DNA of 32,000 nucleotides, from assembly GCA_000091165.1 (NCBI GenBank), contig FP565575.1, positions 1,920,001-1,952,000 of the forward strand. Direction: 5' to 3'. Source of the stretch: Candidatus Methylomirabilis oxygeniifera (lineage in GTDB: Bacteria > Methylomirabilota > Methylomirabilia > Methylomirabilales > Methylomirabilaceae). Positions 7,719 to 16,861 of this stretch are shown here, piece by piece. The notes below the pieces were generated by a model. That model saw only the letters and a list, made by a program, of their open reading frames with translations. It searched no databases and had not been told where the DNA came from. Positions within the stretch are counted from its first letter, which is position 1. Every line of letters starts with the position of its first letter. The position numbers and the translations under genes were made by a program.

Positions 7719-8975
7719 TTATTCTGCGACTCGCTCGATGTCGGCGCCAAGGCCCTGAAGCTTTGTTTCAATCGACTCATATCCCCGGTCGAGATGATAG
7801 ACTCGCGAGACGGTGGTGGTCCCCTGAGCGGCCAGTCCTGCGAGAACCAGCGATGCGCTCGCCCGCAGATCGGTCGCCATCACCGGTGCGCCCGATAGCA
7901 TGGGAATGCCATGGACAAACGCCGTAGTGCCGATCACCTTGATATCCGCACCCATCCTCAGCAGCTCATTCACGTGCATGAATCGGTTCTCAAATACGGT
8001 CTCGGTGATGACGCTGCTCCCCTGGGCAATAGACATCAGCGCCATGAACTGCGCCTGCATATCGGTGGCAAATCCTGGATAGGGATGGGTTCTGACATTG
8101 ACCCCTCGCAATTGTCCGTCTCCCAAGACCCGAATACTGCGGTCCGTCTCCTCTATCAGTACGCCGGTCTCCCGCAGTTTCTCTGTAATCGCCTCCAGGT
8201 GGCCCGGCAGGCAATGAGTGACGGTGACGTCTCCGCCGGTGATCGCGGCCGCAACCATAAAGGTCCCCGTCTCGATCCTGTCCGGAATCACCTCGTGCGC
8301 TGCTCCGTGCAGATGCGAGACGCCCTCGATAGTGATCGTCGGCGTTCCCGCGCCCTCGATGCTCGCGCCCATACCATTCAGCAGAGCGGCCAGGTCGACG
8401 ACCTCGGGCTCGCACGCAGCGTTCTCCAGCACCGTCACCCCATCGGCCAGCGTGGCGGCCATCATTACATTCTCAGTGCCGGTGACGGTCTGGCCATCGA
8501 ATGTAATCCTGGCGCCCTTCAAACGCGACGCCTTCGCTTCAACGTATCCTGCGTCAAGGCTGACCGTTGCACCCATCTTCTCAAGCGCCGCCAGATGCAG
8601 ATTGATCGGCCGTGACCCGATGGCGCACCCTCCCGGCAAAGAGACCCGTGCTCGTCCGAATCGGGCCACCAGGGGGCCGAGAACCAGTACCGATGCCCGC
8701 ATCGTCTTGACCAGTTGATAGGGCGCCTCACACTGACCGATGCCATCGGCACGAAGGGATAGAGTCTCTCGATCGCGTCGTTCGACGCTCACACCTAAAT
8801 GGCTGAGCAGACCGATAGTCGTCTTCACGTCGCCCAATTGCGGAACACGATGAAGCTGGATCGACTCTCCTGTAAGCAACGAGGCCACCATCTCTGGCAG
8901 GGCCGCGTTCTTTGCGCCACCAGCCTCCACCTGTCCTCTGAGGGGGACCCCGCCTCTGATAATCAGCCTATCCAT
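7719..8975 (-). CDS. murA: UDP-N-acetylglucosamine 1-carboxyvinyltransferase MurA
   Basis: ORF 7719..8999. I prefer the ATG at 8973-8975 ([27 protein letters not shown]...), giving 418 aa. The catalytic-Cys context [12 protein letters not shown] is present. Overlaps the prmC stop by 8 nt. Confidence 0.95.
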   Translation of the reverse strand: MDRLIIRGGVPLRGQVEAGGAKNAALPEMVASLLTGESIQLHRVPQLGDVKTTIGLLSHLGVSVERRDRETLSLRADGIGQCEAPYQLVKTMRASVLVLGPLVARFGRARVSLPGGCAIGSRPINLHLAALEKMGATVSLDAGYVEAKASRLKGARITFDGQTVTGTENVMMAATLADGVTVLENAACEPEVVDLAALLNGMGASIEGAGTPTITIEGVSHLHGAAHEVIPDRIETGTFMVAAAITGGDVTVTHCLPGHLEAITEKLRETGVLIEETDRSIRVLGDGQLRGVNVRTHPYPGFATDMQAQFMALMSIAQGSSVITETVFENRFMHVNELLRMGADIKVIGTTAFVHGIPMLSGAPVMATDLRASASLVLAGLAAQGTTTVSRVYHLDRGYESIETKLQGLGADIERVAE

Positions 8976-9975
8976 GCGCCCTCTCGCGCCTTGGCGCACA
9001 CACGACCCGGTCGCGACCGGCCATGTCCTGCCTCACCTCCGCCGGTCCGAAGCCTTCTGTCTTCCGGATCAGTTCCATCACCGCGGATGCCTGACCGTCA
9101 CCGACCTCGAAGACCAGCCAACCGCCGTCGCGAAGATAGGCAGGAGCCGCTTCGATGATTCGCCGATAATAGCGCAGGCCGTCCGGGCCGCCATCGATGG
9201 CCTCGACAGGCTCGTAGGCGGTGATCTCAGGAGCTAAGACGCGGCAGGCGGCTGAGGGAATATACGGCGGATTTGATACGATCAGGTCACACCCTCCCCC
9301 GGCGTCGATCGTCCGAAACGGCTCAAGAAGATCGCCTTGGACGCAGCGAACCCTGTTCGTCAGTCCAAGCGTGTCTATGTTCCGTCCGGCGATTCGACAG
9401 GCACCCGGCGAACGATCGATGGCATAAATGAGCGCACGAGGCAGTTCGACCGCCAGCGCCAAGGCAACGGCGCCGCAGCCGGTGCCGAGATCCACAATAA
9501 CCAGTTGTGAGTGTCGAGTGTTGAGTGTTGAGTGTTGGGTCTCTGAGCCTTGACACTTGACACTGATCTTGTCCAGGGCGGTCTCGACAAGCGTTTCGGT
9601 GTCCGGCCTTGGAATCAGGACATCCGGGCTCACTGCCAAGAGAAGCGACCAGAACTCTTTTACCCCAAGGATATAGGCAACCGGCTCTCTGGCCTCGCGC
9701 CGGGACACCATCGATTCAAGGAGGCCGGATCTGTCTAAGGGAATTGGTTGCTCCGGATCCAGGATAAACTGCCACCTCGGAATGCCCGACGCCGCCTCCA
9801 TGAGGTACGCTGCGTCAAGCGGCGCGCTCTGCACGCCGCTCTCCACCAGCCGCTCCACCACCTGACGGTACGTGAAAATCTGAGGGGTGTGGGGTGTGGG
9901 GTGTGGGGTGTAATGGAGTTGTACTTCGCGCTTCGTGCTTCGCGCTTCTTCTGCAAGCGTAGACGTCATCCTCAC
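8968..9975 (-). CDS. prmC: peptide chain release factor N5-glutamine methyltransferase PrmC, with two repeat-encoded in-frame segments
   Basis: 335-aa ORF with [13 protein letters not shown] (SAM site), the NPPY motif ([10 protein letters not shown]) and RPDTETLVE. The start is GTG at 9975 (GTGA overlap with the prfA stop) or ATG at 9969. Confidence 0.92.
   Translation of the reverse strand: MRMTSTLAEEARSTKREVQLHYTPHPTPHTPQIFTYRQVVERLVESGVQSAPLDAAYLMEAASGIPRWQFILDPEQPIPLDRSGLLESMVSRREAREPVAYILGVKEFWSLLLAVSPDVLIPRPDTETLVETALDKISVKCQGSETQHSTLNTRHSQLVIVDLGTGCGAVALALAVELPRALIYAIDRSPGACRIAGRNIDTLGLTNRVRCVQGDLLEPFRTIDAGGGCDLIVSNPPYIPSAACRVLAPEITAYEPVEAIDGGPDGLRYYRRIIEAAPAYLRDGGWLVFEVGDGQASAVMELIRKTEGFGPAEVRQDMAGRDRVVCAPRRERAHG
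9508..9564. repeat. imperfect inverted heptamer cassette inside prmC
   Basis: gtga gtgtcga gtgttga gtgttga gtgttgg g (9508-9539), spacer tctctgagcc, ttgacac ttgacac t (9550-9564). Translated as [20 protein letters not shown] between the conserved LVETAL and VDLGTG blocks. Confidence 0.9.
9884..9951. repeat. two adjacent tandem-heptamer arrays at the prmC 5' end
   Basis: (GGGGTGT)x4 at 9884-9911, spacer aatggagttgta, then cttcgcg cttcgtg cttcgcg cttcttc at 9924-9951. Translated as [23 protein letters not shown]. Confidence 0.9.
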
Positions 9976-11060
9976 ACCAACGCCTTCAATCGCGCGGCCT
10001 GATCGCTGGCTGCGAGCGCGCCGATCAGCTCCTCGATCTCCCCCTCCAGGATCCGCGGGAGGCTGTGGAGCGTGAGCCCGATTCGATGGTCGGTGACCCG
10101 CCCCTGTGGGAAATTGTAGGTGCGTATCCGTTCACTCCGATCTCCTGTGCCGACCTGCTGACGGCGCGCCTGCGAAATCTCTGCCGCCTGCTGTGCCGTG
10201 GCAGCCTCAAGCAGGCGGGCTCGCAATACCTTCATCGCCTTGGCTCGATTCTTATGCTGCGACTTCTCATCCTGACAGGACACCACCATTCCGGTCGGCA
10301 GATGGGTAATTCGCACGGCTGAATCGGTGGTGTTGACGGACTGCCCTCCAGGCCCTGTTGACCGAAAGACATCGATCCGAAGATCCTTGGGGTCAATCTG
10401 TATCTCCACATCCTCCGCCTCCGGCAGAACGGCAACTGTGACGGTAGAGGTGTGAATCCGACCACTTGACTCGGTAACAGGGACCCGCTGCACCCGGTGG
10501 ACGCCGCTCTCGAATTTCAGGCGGCTGTACGCGCCGCGCCCCTCAATGCTGAGGATCGCCTCCTTCACTCCGCCAACCCCCGTCTGACTTGAAGACAGCA
10601 TCTCCACCTTCCAGCCTCGTAGTTCCGCGTAACGGCCGTACATCCTGACCAGCTCCGCAGCGAACAGTGCGGCCTCGTCGCCGCCGGCCCCAGCCCGTAC
10701 CTCCAAGATGATACTTTTCTCATCGGCCGGATCGCGAGGAAGCAACAACAGCGTAAGTTCCTCCTCAAGTTTCTCCCGCTTGACGGCCAGCTCCTTCAGC
10801 TCCGCCTCTGCCAACTCGCGCACATCGTCTTCGGTGCCGTCGTGCAGTAAGGCTTTCGTCTCTTCCAGGTCCTGCAGGAGCTTACGATACTGCTGATAGG
10901 CCTCCACCACCGGTTCCAGTTCCGCATGCGCCTTGGCCAACCGCTGAAAGCGAGCCTGATCGGTGATAATAGCCGGATCACCCATCTGCAACAGGACCTC
11001 GGTAGATCGCTGTTCGATGGCGTCCAGGCGCTCACGCAACTGTAACATCGATGTTACCAT
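9972..11060 (-). CDS. prfA: peptide chain release factor 1
   Basis: 362-aa ORF with a PxT-type tripeptide context ([14 protein letters not shown]), the GGQ motif ([20 protein letters not shown]) and [13 protein letters not shown]. Confidence 0.96.
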   Translation of the reverse strand: MVTSMLQLRERLDAIEQRSTEVLLQMGDPAIITDQARFQRLAKAHAELEPVVEAYQQYRKLLQDLEETKALLHDGTEDDVRELAEAELKELAVKREKLEEELTLLLLPRDPADEKSIILEVRAGAGGDEAALFAAELVRMYGRYAELRGWKVEMLSSSQTGVGGVKEAILSIEGRGAYSRLKFESGVHRVQRVPVTESSGRIHTSTVTVAVLPEAEDVEIQIDPKDLRIDVFRSTGPGGQSVNTTDSAVRITHLPTGMVVSCQDEKSQHKNRAKAMKVLRARLLEAATAQQAAEISQARRQQVGTGDRSERIRTYNFPQGRVTDHRIGLTLHSLPRILEGEIEELIGALAASDQAARLKALV

Positions 11061-11081
11061 TCTATGCGGACAGCCTCCTGA

Positions 11082-11360
11082 TCAGGGGGCGACCACTTCC
11101 CCTGGTGCTGCCGTAGCGAGTTCCGCGGAGGCGGCCTCTTCGACCACCTTGGCCGTTTTCGGCTTTTTGGAATATTTCCGTCGGAACCGATCGACCCGCC
11201 CCTCGGTGTCGATCAGCTTCTGGCGACCGGTAAAGAGCGGGTGACACTTGGAGCAGATCTCTACCCGGAGAGCATCCGCGGTGGACCGGGTATGGATCAC
11301 CTCGCCGCACGCGCATGTGATCGTTGTCGATTGATAGTTAGGATGAACACCTGACTTCAT
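11082..11360 (-). CDS. rpmE: 50S ribosomal protein L31 (Zn-ribbon type, with C-terminal extension)
   Basis: [63 protein letters not shown], followed by a ~25-aa Lys/Ala/Glu-rich tail. GGGAGGGA Shine-Dalgarno upstream. Confidence 0.93.
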   Translation of the reverse strand: MKSGVHPNYQSTTITCACGEVIHTRSTADALRVEICSKCHPLFTGRQKLIDTEGRVDRFRRKYSKKPKTAKVVEEAASAELATAAPGEVVAP

Positions 11361-11411
11361 AATCGTCCCTCCCTGAAAATAGCCAATTTTTCAGTAAGTT
11401 AAACACGTTAC

Positions 11412-11441
11412 ATTATACGTCCAAACGCTGAGCCTGCTCAA
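11412..11441 (-). promoter_or_regulatory. candidate sigma70 promoter for rpmE-prfA
   Basis: Minus strand reads TTGAGC (11436-11441), 18-nt spacer, perfect TATAAT (11412-11417), about 50 nt upstream of the rpmE ATG. Confidence 0.5.
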
Positions 11442-11453
11442 TAGAAAAGCAGC

Positions 11454-11538
11454 ATTCAGCCATCAGCCGTCAGCGGTCAGCAAAAGTAGGAAACCGATAG
11501 CTCCCAGCCGATGGCCGATTGCCATAAGCTGAACGCTG
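11454..11538. repeat. tandem heptamer array (NNTCAGC)x4 with a short inverted partner
   Basis: attcagc catcagc cgtcagc ggtcagc (11454-11481). gctgaacgctg (11528-11538) is the reverse-complement type (cagcNNtcagc). Confidence 0.8.
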
Positions 11539-11546
11539 TGCTATGG

Positions 11547-11577
11547 CAAAAAATACAGCCCGTCGAAGGACGGGCTG
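11547..11577 (-). terminator. intrinsic terminator downstream of rho
   Basis: Minus strand reads CAGCCCGTC-cttc-GACGGGCTG (perfect 9-bp GC-rich stem) followed by TATTTTTTG. Begins 29 nt after the rho stop. Confidence 0.8.
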
Positions 11578-11605
11578 ATGAATCGCATGAAGAGAGGACA
11601 ACCAC

Positions 11606-12853
11606 TTATGAATTCATGGCTCTCATGAAATCCTCGTTCGATCTGGCCTGCCTCAACTTCTCAAGCAGGAGTTCCATCGCCTCCACCACACCCATAGTCT
11701 GGAGGACCTTACGGAGAATCCACATCCGGTTGAGTTCCTCCTGCGTCAGCAGGAGTTCCTCTTTCCGCGTGCCTGACCTGAAGATATCGATAGCAGGAAA
11801 GACCCGCTTATCCACCAAGCGTCGATCCAGGACAAGCTCGCAGTTGCCGGTCCCCTTGAACTCTTCAAAGATGACATCGTCCATCCGGCTGCCGGTGTCG
11901 ATAAGGGCTGTGGCCATGATCGTCAGGCTGCCGCCCTCTTCAATATTCCGCGCCGCCCCAAAAAATCGTTTGGGGCGCTGCAGCGCGTTGCTGTCCACGC
12001 CGCCGGAGAGCACCTTGCCGCTCGGCGGGACAATGGTATTGTAGGCCCGTCCCAATCGGGTGATAGAATCCAGCAAGATCACCACATCCCGCTTGTGTTC
12101 CACCAACCGCTTAGCCTTCTCGATCACCATCTCGGCCACCTGGACGTGGCGCGTAGCCGGTTCATCAAAGGTGGAACTCACGACCTCCGCCTTGACAGAG
12201 CGCTGGAAGTCAGTCACTTCTTCAGGCCGCTCGTCGATCAGCAGTACGATCAGAATCACCTCAGGATGATTCTTGGTGATGCTGTTGGCAATCTTCTGCA
12301 GAAGAATGGTCTTACCGGTCCTCGGCGGTGCCACAATCAGCCCGCGCTGCCCCTTACCGATCGGCGTAAGGAGGTCCATGACTCGCATGTTCAGCTCATC
12401 CTGCGCGGTCTCCAGCCTGATCCGCTGGTTCGGAAAAAGAGGGGTCAGGTTATCAAAAAGGATCTTGTCCTTGATCAGCTCCGGGTTTTCGAAGTTGACC
12501 GCCTCGACCTTGAGGAGGGCAAAGTAGCGCTCGCCTTCTTTTGGAGGTCTCACCTGGCCCGACACGGTGTCGCCGGTCCGGAGATCAAAGCGCCGAATCT
12601 GCGACGGCGATACGTAAATATCGTCCGGCCCAGGCAGGTAATTGTAGTCCGGCGCCCGAAGGAAGCCAAACCCATCGGGTAGAACCTCGAGCACACCCTC
12701 CGCGAAGATCAACCCGCTTTTCTCGGTTTGCGCCTCAAGGATCTTGAAGATGAGCTCTTGCTTGCGGAGGCCGCTGGCACCCACCACGTTCAGGGTCCTG
12801 GCAATGGCACTCAACTCAGAGATGGTCTTCTCTTTCAGTTCCACGATATTCAT
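11606..12853 (-). CDS. rho: transcription termination factor Rho
   Basis: ORF 11606..12940. I prefer the ATG at 12851-12853 ([19 protein letters not shown]...), giving 415 aa. Walker A (APPRTGKT), RNA-binding FGFLR and [11 protein letters not shown] motifs. An N-terminal extension to 12940 cannot be excluded. Confidence 0.95.
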   Translation of the reverse strand: MNIVELKEKTISELSAIARTLNVVGASGLRKQELIFKILEAQTEKSGLIFAEGVLEVLPDGFGFLRAPDYNYLPGPDDIYVSPSQIRRFDLRTGDTVSGQVRPPKEGERYFALLKVEAVNFENPELIKDKILFDNLTPLFPNQRIRLETAQDELNMRVMDLLTPIGKGQRGLIVAPPRTGKTILLQKIANSITKNHPEVILIVLLIDERPEEVTDFQRSVKAEVVSSTFDEPATRHVQVAEMVIEKAKRLVEHKRDVVILLDSITRLGRAYNTIVPPSGKVLSGGVDSNALQRPKRFFGAARNIEEGGSLTIMATALIDTGSRMDDVIFEEFKGTGNCELVLDRRLVDKRVFPAIDIFRSGTRKEELLLTQEELNRMWILRKVLQTMGVVEAMELLLEKLRQARSNEDFMRAMNS

Positions 12854-13012
12854 TGAACCACCCCTGGGAAGCGCCGCGGCAACCTCCTTCACTTCTGATA
12901 CACTGGACCGTCTGGTCGATTCAGACACTGATGGGGCCATCTACGCAAACTCCTCTTCCTTAAGTACAACTGTTGACGATGAATCTACTTCGCGACCATA
13001 ACCCGGTACCCG

Positions 13013-13079
13013 CCTATTCCTGTAACCAGCCTGCAGTATGCCGTGTGCGAACATCGAGAGCCGGTCACCAGGAATAAGG
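13013..13079 (-). promoter_or_regulatory. long imperfect hairpin in the untranslated region upstream of rho
   Basis: Minus-strand RNA: CCUUAUUCCUGGUGACCGGC ... GCUGGUUACAGGAAUAGG gives an ~18-bp stem with two bulges and two G.U pairs, and a loop of ~29 nt. Function unknown. Confidence 0.35.
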
Positions 13080-13387
13080 CCCCTGCCGGACGCATGGGAA
13101 ACAACGGTCTGAATCGGAAAGCCAGATGAGTTAGATCTTGGGCAGCGTCGGCCTCCCTTACCCTAAGTGATGCGGAGTTCAGGACTGACCGACAAACGAC
13201 ACTCTGGAGAAGTCATACCCTCAGCGAGATTGTCACTGTAAACCTATTAGAGACCATCTGCTTTGTCAAGCCTTTTTTCGCAGCCCAGGAAGCCTTTCAG
13301 TAGCAGGTCTGACGCGGAGCGCGTGGTGTGGCGCCGGATTTGGCTCGACGACACTCGGCACAGGCCACCCAAGCCACAGGCAAGCGC

Positions 13388-13993
13388 CTACGGTGCAAGC
13401 TTGGCGCGTAACTGTTCCCACACCGCCTGCGCCTGGCGCACTGTCTCTGCAAGCGGTCCGTCATTCTCGATGACATAATGAGCGTATTGACGCTTCTCCT
13501 GCTGCGGCATCTGCGACCGGATGCGCGGCATCGCTTCATCCCGGCTGAGACCTCTGGACCTCATCAAACGGTCGAGCTGCGCAGTTTCGTTCGCCTCCAC
13601 AAGGATCACCGCATCACAACGAACATACCAACCACTCTCAATTAGTAACGCGGCATCAATAAGGCAGACACAAGTTCCCGAGACCTCTGCCTGCCTGATG
13701 CGCCGTTCACACTCCTCGATAATGGCCGGATGAAGCAGCGCCTCCAATCGTCTGCGAGCCTCGGGATCGGCGAACACGATCGCACCTAATCGCCTACGAT
13801 CTATGCGACCATCCGCGTCGACGACCTCGCGACCAAAGGTCGAAGCGACGGCCTCGAACAGCGGCTGATCGGGCTCCACTACCTCATGCGCAACCTGATC
13901 CGCGTCGATGATGATTGCGCCTAAGTTCTTGAACAGTGCCGCAACCGTACTCTTGCCGGAACAGATGCCCCCCGTCAGGCCCACAACGACCAT
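13388..13993 (-). CDS. coaE: dephospho-CoA kinase
   Basis: ORF 13388..14101. I prefer the ATG at 13991-13993 (MVVVGLTGGICSGKSTVAALF..., P-loop at the N-terminus as in CoaE), giving 201 aa. Confidence 0.9.
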   Translation of the reverse strand: MVVVGLTGGICSGKSTVAALFKNLGAIIIDADQVAHEVVEPDQPLFEAVASTFGREVVDADGRIDRRRLGAIVFADPEARRRLEALLHPAIIEECERRIRQAEVSGTCVCLIDAALLIESGWYVRCDAVILVEANETAQLDRLMRSRGLSRDEAMPRIRSQMPQQEKRQYAHYVIENDGPLAETVRQAQAVWEQLRAKLAP

Positions 13994-14046
13994 TCGTCTG
14001 GCATCCTGCTTGCTCAGAAAATTGCCCACGACTGAAATCCCCCATG

Positions 14047-14068
14047 CCCCCCCTTGCGAAGGGGGGGG
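14047..14068. other. homopolymer C7/G8 stem-loop in the polA-coaE spacer
   Basis: ccccccc ttgcgaa gggggggg, followed on the plus strand by attttc. Not placed behind any plus-strand gene. Confidence 0.6.
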
Positions 14069-14110
14069 ATTTTCACGATGCATGGGTTGCCTTGGGGCCA
14101 TGACAAATGG

Positions 14111-16732
14111 CTAGGCATGGGCCTCAGCCCAGCTCGTTCCGACTCCGATGTCTACCTTCAGGGGAACGCTGAGCGTAGCCGCCCACTCCATCTCTTCGGT
14201 GGCCATCCGCCTGGCGACGTCCAATTCGACTTCCGGCACCTCGAACAGCAATTCATCATGGATCTGAAGGATCATTCTGGTTTCTAACTGCTCGGATCTC
14301 AGGCGCCTGGAGATGGCGATCATTGCCACCTTGATGAGGTCTGCGGCCGATCCCTGAATCGGCGTATTCACCGCCAACCGCTCGCCGAGCTGCCGAACCG
14401 TCTGGTCGGAGCTTTTCAATTCCGGGATCGCCCGTCGGCGCCCCCAGAACGTGCTTACGAAACCGAGTTCCCTGGCCTCGCAGATCGTCCGGTCAATGAA
14501 TGCCTTGACCCCGTGATAGATCTGAAAATAGCGATCGATGTACAAGGCGGCCTCCTCCTGCGATATCTCAAGCTCCGCAGCCAGGCCAAAAGGACTCATC
14601 CCGTAGACGATACCGAAGTTGATCACCTTGGCCCGTCGCCGCATCTCTACCGTCACCGCCTCAGGCTGTACCCCGAAGACCTCGGCCGCGGTGCTGCGGT
14701 GCACATCACCCCCGGCTATGAAGGCCGCAATCAACGCCTGATCTTGAGAGAGGTGCGCCAGAATCCGCAACTCGATCTGGGAATAATCGGCCGATAGAAG
14801 CCGATGCCCCTCTGAGGCAACGAACGCCTGTCGAATCCGCCGCCCAACCTCGGTGCGAACGGGGATATTCTGGAGGTTCGGCTCACTGGAACTCAAGCGT
14901 CCCGTGGCAGTCACCGTCTGATTGAACGACGTATGGATTCGACCGCTCGTACGCTCGGCAAGCCGAAGCAGCACGTCCACATAGGTCGACTTGAGTTTCG
15001 CGAGGCTCCGATAATTCAAGACCTCCGCAGGGAGTTCATGCGTGACGGCCAACCGCTGAAGTACCTCCACATTGGTGGAATAGCCGGTCTTGGTCCGCTT
15101 CAGCGGCGTAAGCTTCAATCGCTGAAACAATACCTCCGCCAACTGCTTAGGGGAATTGATGTTGAAGTGCTCGCCCGCCAGGGCGAAGATTCGCGACTCA
15201 AGCCGACTGAGCTGGCTCTCCAGCTCCTTGCCCAGCTCGCTGAGCTGGTCGGTATCGACACTGAACCCGACCTCCTCCATCGAGGCCAAGACCTCGATCA
15301 GCGGCATCTCGATCGTTGTAAAAAGGGGCAGCAGCCCTGCCTGCCCAAGTTGCGGCAGCAACGCCTCTTTGAGTTGCCATACAAGGTGCGCCTCTTCGGC
15401 TGCCCCCCTCATGGCCGTCTCTCGTCCGTCATTTCCACCCCTAGCTCCCGGCCCCTGCTCCCACTTCACGCCCAATAGCTCAAACACCAAAGTCGCGAGA
15501 GAGTGATCCGATCTGTTAGGATTCAGGAGATAGGACGCTACCATGGTATCAAAGGACAGTCCTCTCAGCGCAACGCCCTTCTTCCCGATAGCGGTCATGA
15601 TCCGTTTGAGATCGTGGCCGATCTTCCCCGGTCTCTCTCCGGCCAGGACAGGGCGCACGCGCTCAAGATACGAGTCGGTCATCGCGTCGGGAAAGCAACA
15701 GAGGGCGACATCGGGCTCTGCACAAAAGGCAAGGCCAAAGAACTCTCCATCAGCCGTCCCGTCGCCACGCAGCGCGACGGCGATGGCCACGCTGTCTGAG
15801 GCCAACAGTCCCCTAGCAGCTTCGCCAACCTCCTCCTCGCGATCAATGACGACTATGCGGAGCGAGCTGTGCGATGCCAGTGGGGTAAAAGCCCGCTGGA
15901 GCGCTGTAAATCCCAACTCTCGAAAGAGGGCCTGCATGGCGGAATGGTCTGGCGCCTGCAGCGTCAACTGTCCCAAGTCCAATCCAATCTGGAGATCTGT
16001 CCTGATGCGGGCCAGCTCCCGACTGAGGCGGGCCTGCTCGACCCCACTTCTCACAATCTCGCGGACCTTTGCGGACTTGATCTCATGCAGGCGAGCGACT
16101 GTCTCTTCGATGTTCCCGAACTGCTGGATAAGGTTTCTGGCAGTCTTCTCCCCGATTCCATGCACACCGGGGATATTGTCGATCGGATCGCCCATCAGCC
16201 CCATCACCTCCACGACCTGACCGGGAGGCACACCGAAGCGCTTCACAACCTCTGATTCGCCATAGACCGTTTCCTTCATCGAATCATAGACTCGGATCTC
16301 GGGTCCGACCAGTTGGAGCATGTCCTTATCGCCCGTAGCAATGGTCACGCGAAAATCCTGCGCTGCTGCCTGCCTGGCCAGCGAGCCGATCAGATCGTCC
16401 GCCTCTTGCCCCTGTTGCATCAGCAGCGGGATTCGCATCGCCTCTACCACCCGATGGATATAAGGAAGCTGACGGCTCAGGTCGTCCGGCATCTGCGCGC
16501 GATTCGCCTTGTAGTCGGCGTATCGCGTGTGTCGTTCGGTCGGTCCTGCGGAATCAAAGACCACAACCATGGCCTCCGGACGCTCGTCCCGGATGATCTT
16601 CAGAAGCATGTTAGTGAAACCGTAGACGGCGCCGGTTGGAATCCCCTCGCTGTTGCTGAGAGGTGGAAGCGCATGGTAGGCTCGAAAAACGTAGGAACTG
16701 CCGTCGATGAGATAGAGCGATCTGCCTGCCAT
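14111..16732 (-). CDS. polA: DNA polymerase I
   Basis: 873-aa ORF with a 5'-3' exonuclease N-terminus (LYLIDGSSYVFRAYHA), polymerase motif A (LLSADYSQIELRILAH), motif B (RRRAKVINFGIVYGMS) and motif C (LQIHDELLFE). Confidence 0.97.
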   Translation of the reverse strand: MAGRSLYLIDGSSYVFRAYHALPPLSNSEGIPTGAVYGFTNMLLKIIRDERPEAMVVVFDSAGPTERHTRYADYKANRAQMPDDLSRQLPYIHRVVEAMRIPLLMQQGQEADDLIGSLARQAAAQDFRVTIATGDKDMLQLVGPEIRVYDSMKETVYGESEVVKRFGVPPGQVVEVMGLMGDPIDNIPGVHGIGEKTARNLIQQFGNIEETVARLHEIKSAKVREIVRSGVEQARLSRELARIRTDLQIGLDLGQLTLQAPDHSAMQALFRELGFTALQRAFTPLASHSSLRIVVIDREEEVGEAARGLLASDSVAIAVALRGDGTADGEFFGLAFCAEPDVALCCFPDAMTDSYLERVRPVLAGERPGKIGHDLKRIMTAIGKKGVALRGLSFDTMVASYLLNPNRSDHSLATLVFELLGVKWEQGPGARGGNDGRETAMRGAAEEAHLVWQLKEALLPQLGQAGLLPLFTTIEMPLIEVLASMEEVGFSVDTDQLSELGKELESQLSRLESRIFALAGEHFNINSPKQLAEVLFQRLKLTPLKRTKTGYSTNVEVLQRLAVTHELPAEVLNYRSLAKLKSTYVDVLLRLAERTSGRIHTSFNQTVTATGRLSSSEPNLQNIPVRTEVGRRIRQAFVASEGHRLLSADYSQIELRILAHLSQDQALIAAFIAGGDVHRSTAAEVFGVQPEAVTVEMRRRAKVINFGIVYGMSPFGLAAELEISQEEAALYIDRYFQIYHGVKAFIDRTICEARELGFVSTFWGRRRAIPELKSSDQTVRQLGERLAVNTPIQGSAADLIKVAMIAISRRLRSEQLETRMILQIHDELLFEVPEVELDVARRMATEEMEWAATLSVPLKVDIGVGTSWAEAHA

Positions 16733-16788
16733 GGGTTAGCGTCCTTGGAGAATAACGATCAACGGTCAGTACTAAAAGCAGGTGTCTA

Positions 16789-16838
16789 GGCTGAAGGCTG
16801 AAGAATCCTCACAACCTTCAGCCTATTTACCTTCAGCC
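16789..16838. repeat. inverted heptamer repeat (GGCTGAA / TTCAGCC type) in the dnaJ-polA spacer
   Basis: ggctgaaggctgaag (16789-16803), 11-nt spacer, ccttcagcc (16815-16823), tatttac, ccttcagcc (16830-16838). GGCTGAAG/CTTCAGCC can form a hairpin. Confidence 0.85.
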
Positions 16839-16861
16839 TCTTCCGCCTGTGGCAGGGCAGA

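Noticed and set aside
9884-9911. GGGGTGT repeats considered as telomere-like ends of a linear replicon.
   Set aside because: They are internal, only 4-5 units long, and embedded in frame in hisF and prmC. Nothing suggests a replicon end.
11361-11605. Searched the larger spacers for tRNA, tmRNA, RNase P, SRP or riboswitch-like sequences. Spacers checked: 11361-11605, 12854-13387, 16733-16861, 19715-19866, 23501-23620 and 31581-31691.
   Set aside because: No cloverleaf-compatible sequence or conserved ncRNA motif recognised by eye. This is a weak negative; a covariance-model scan is needed.
13264-13269. TTGACA on the minus strand considered as the rho promoter -35 box.
   Set aside because: The best -10 at 17-nt spacing is TAGGTT. 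This is too weak to list as a feature; it is mentioned only in the rho leader finding.
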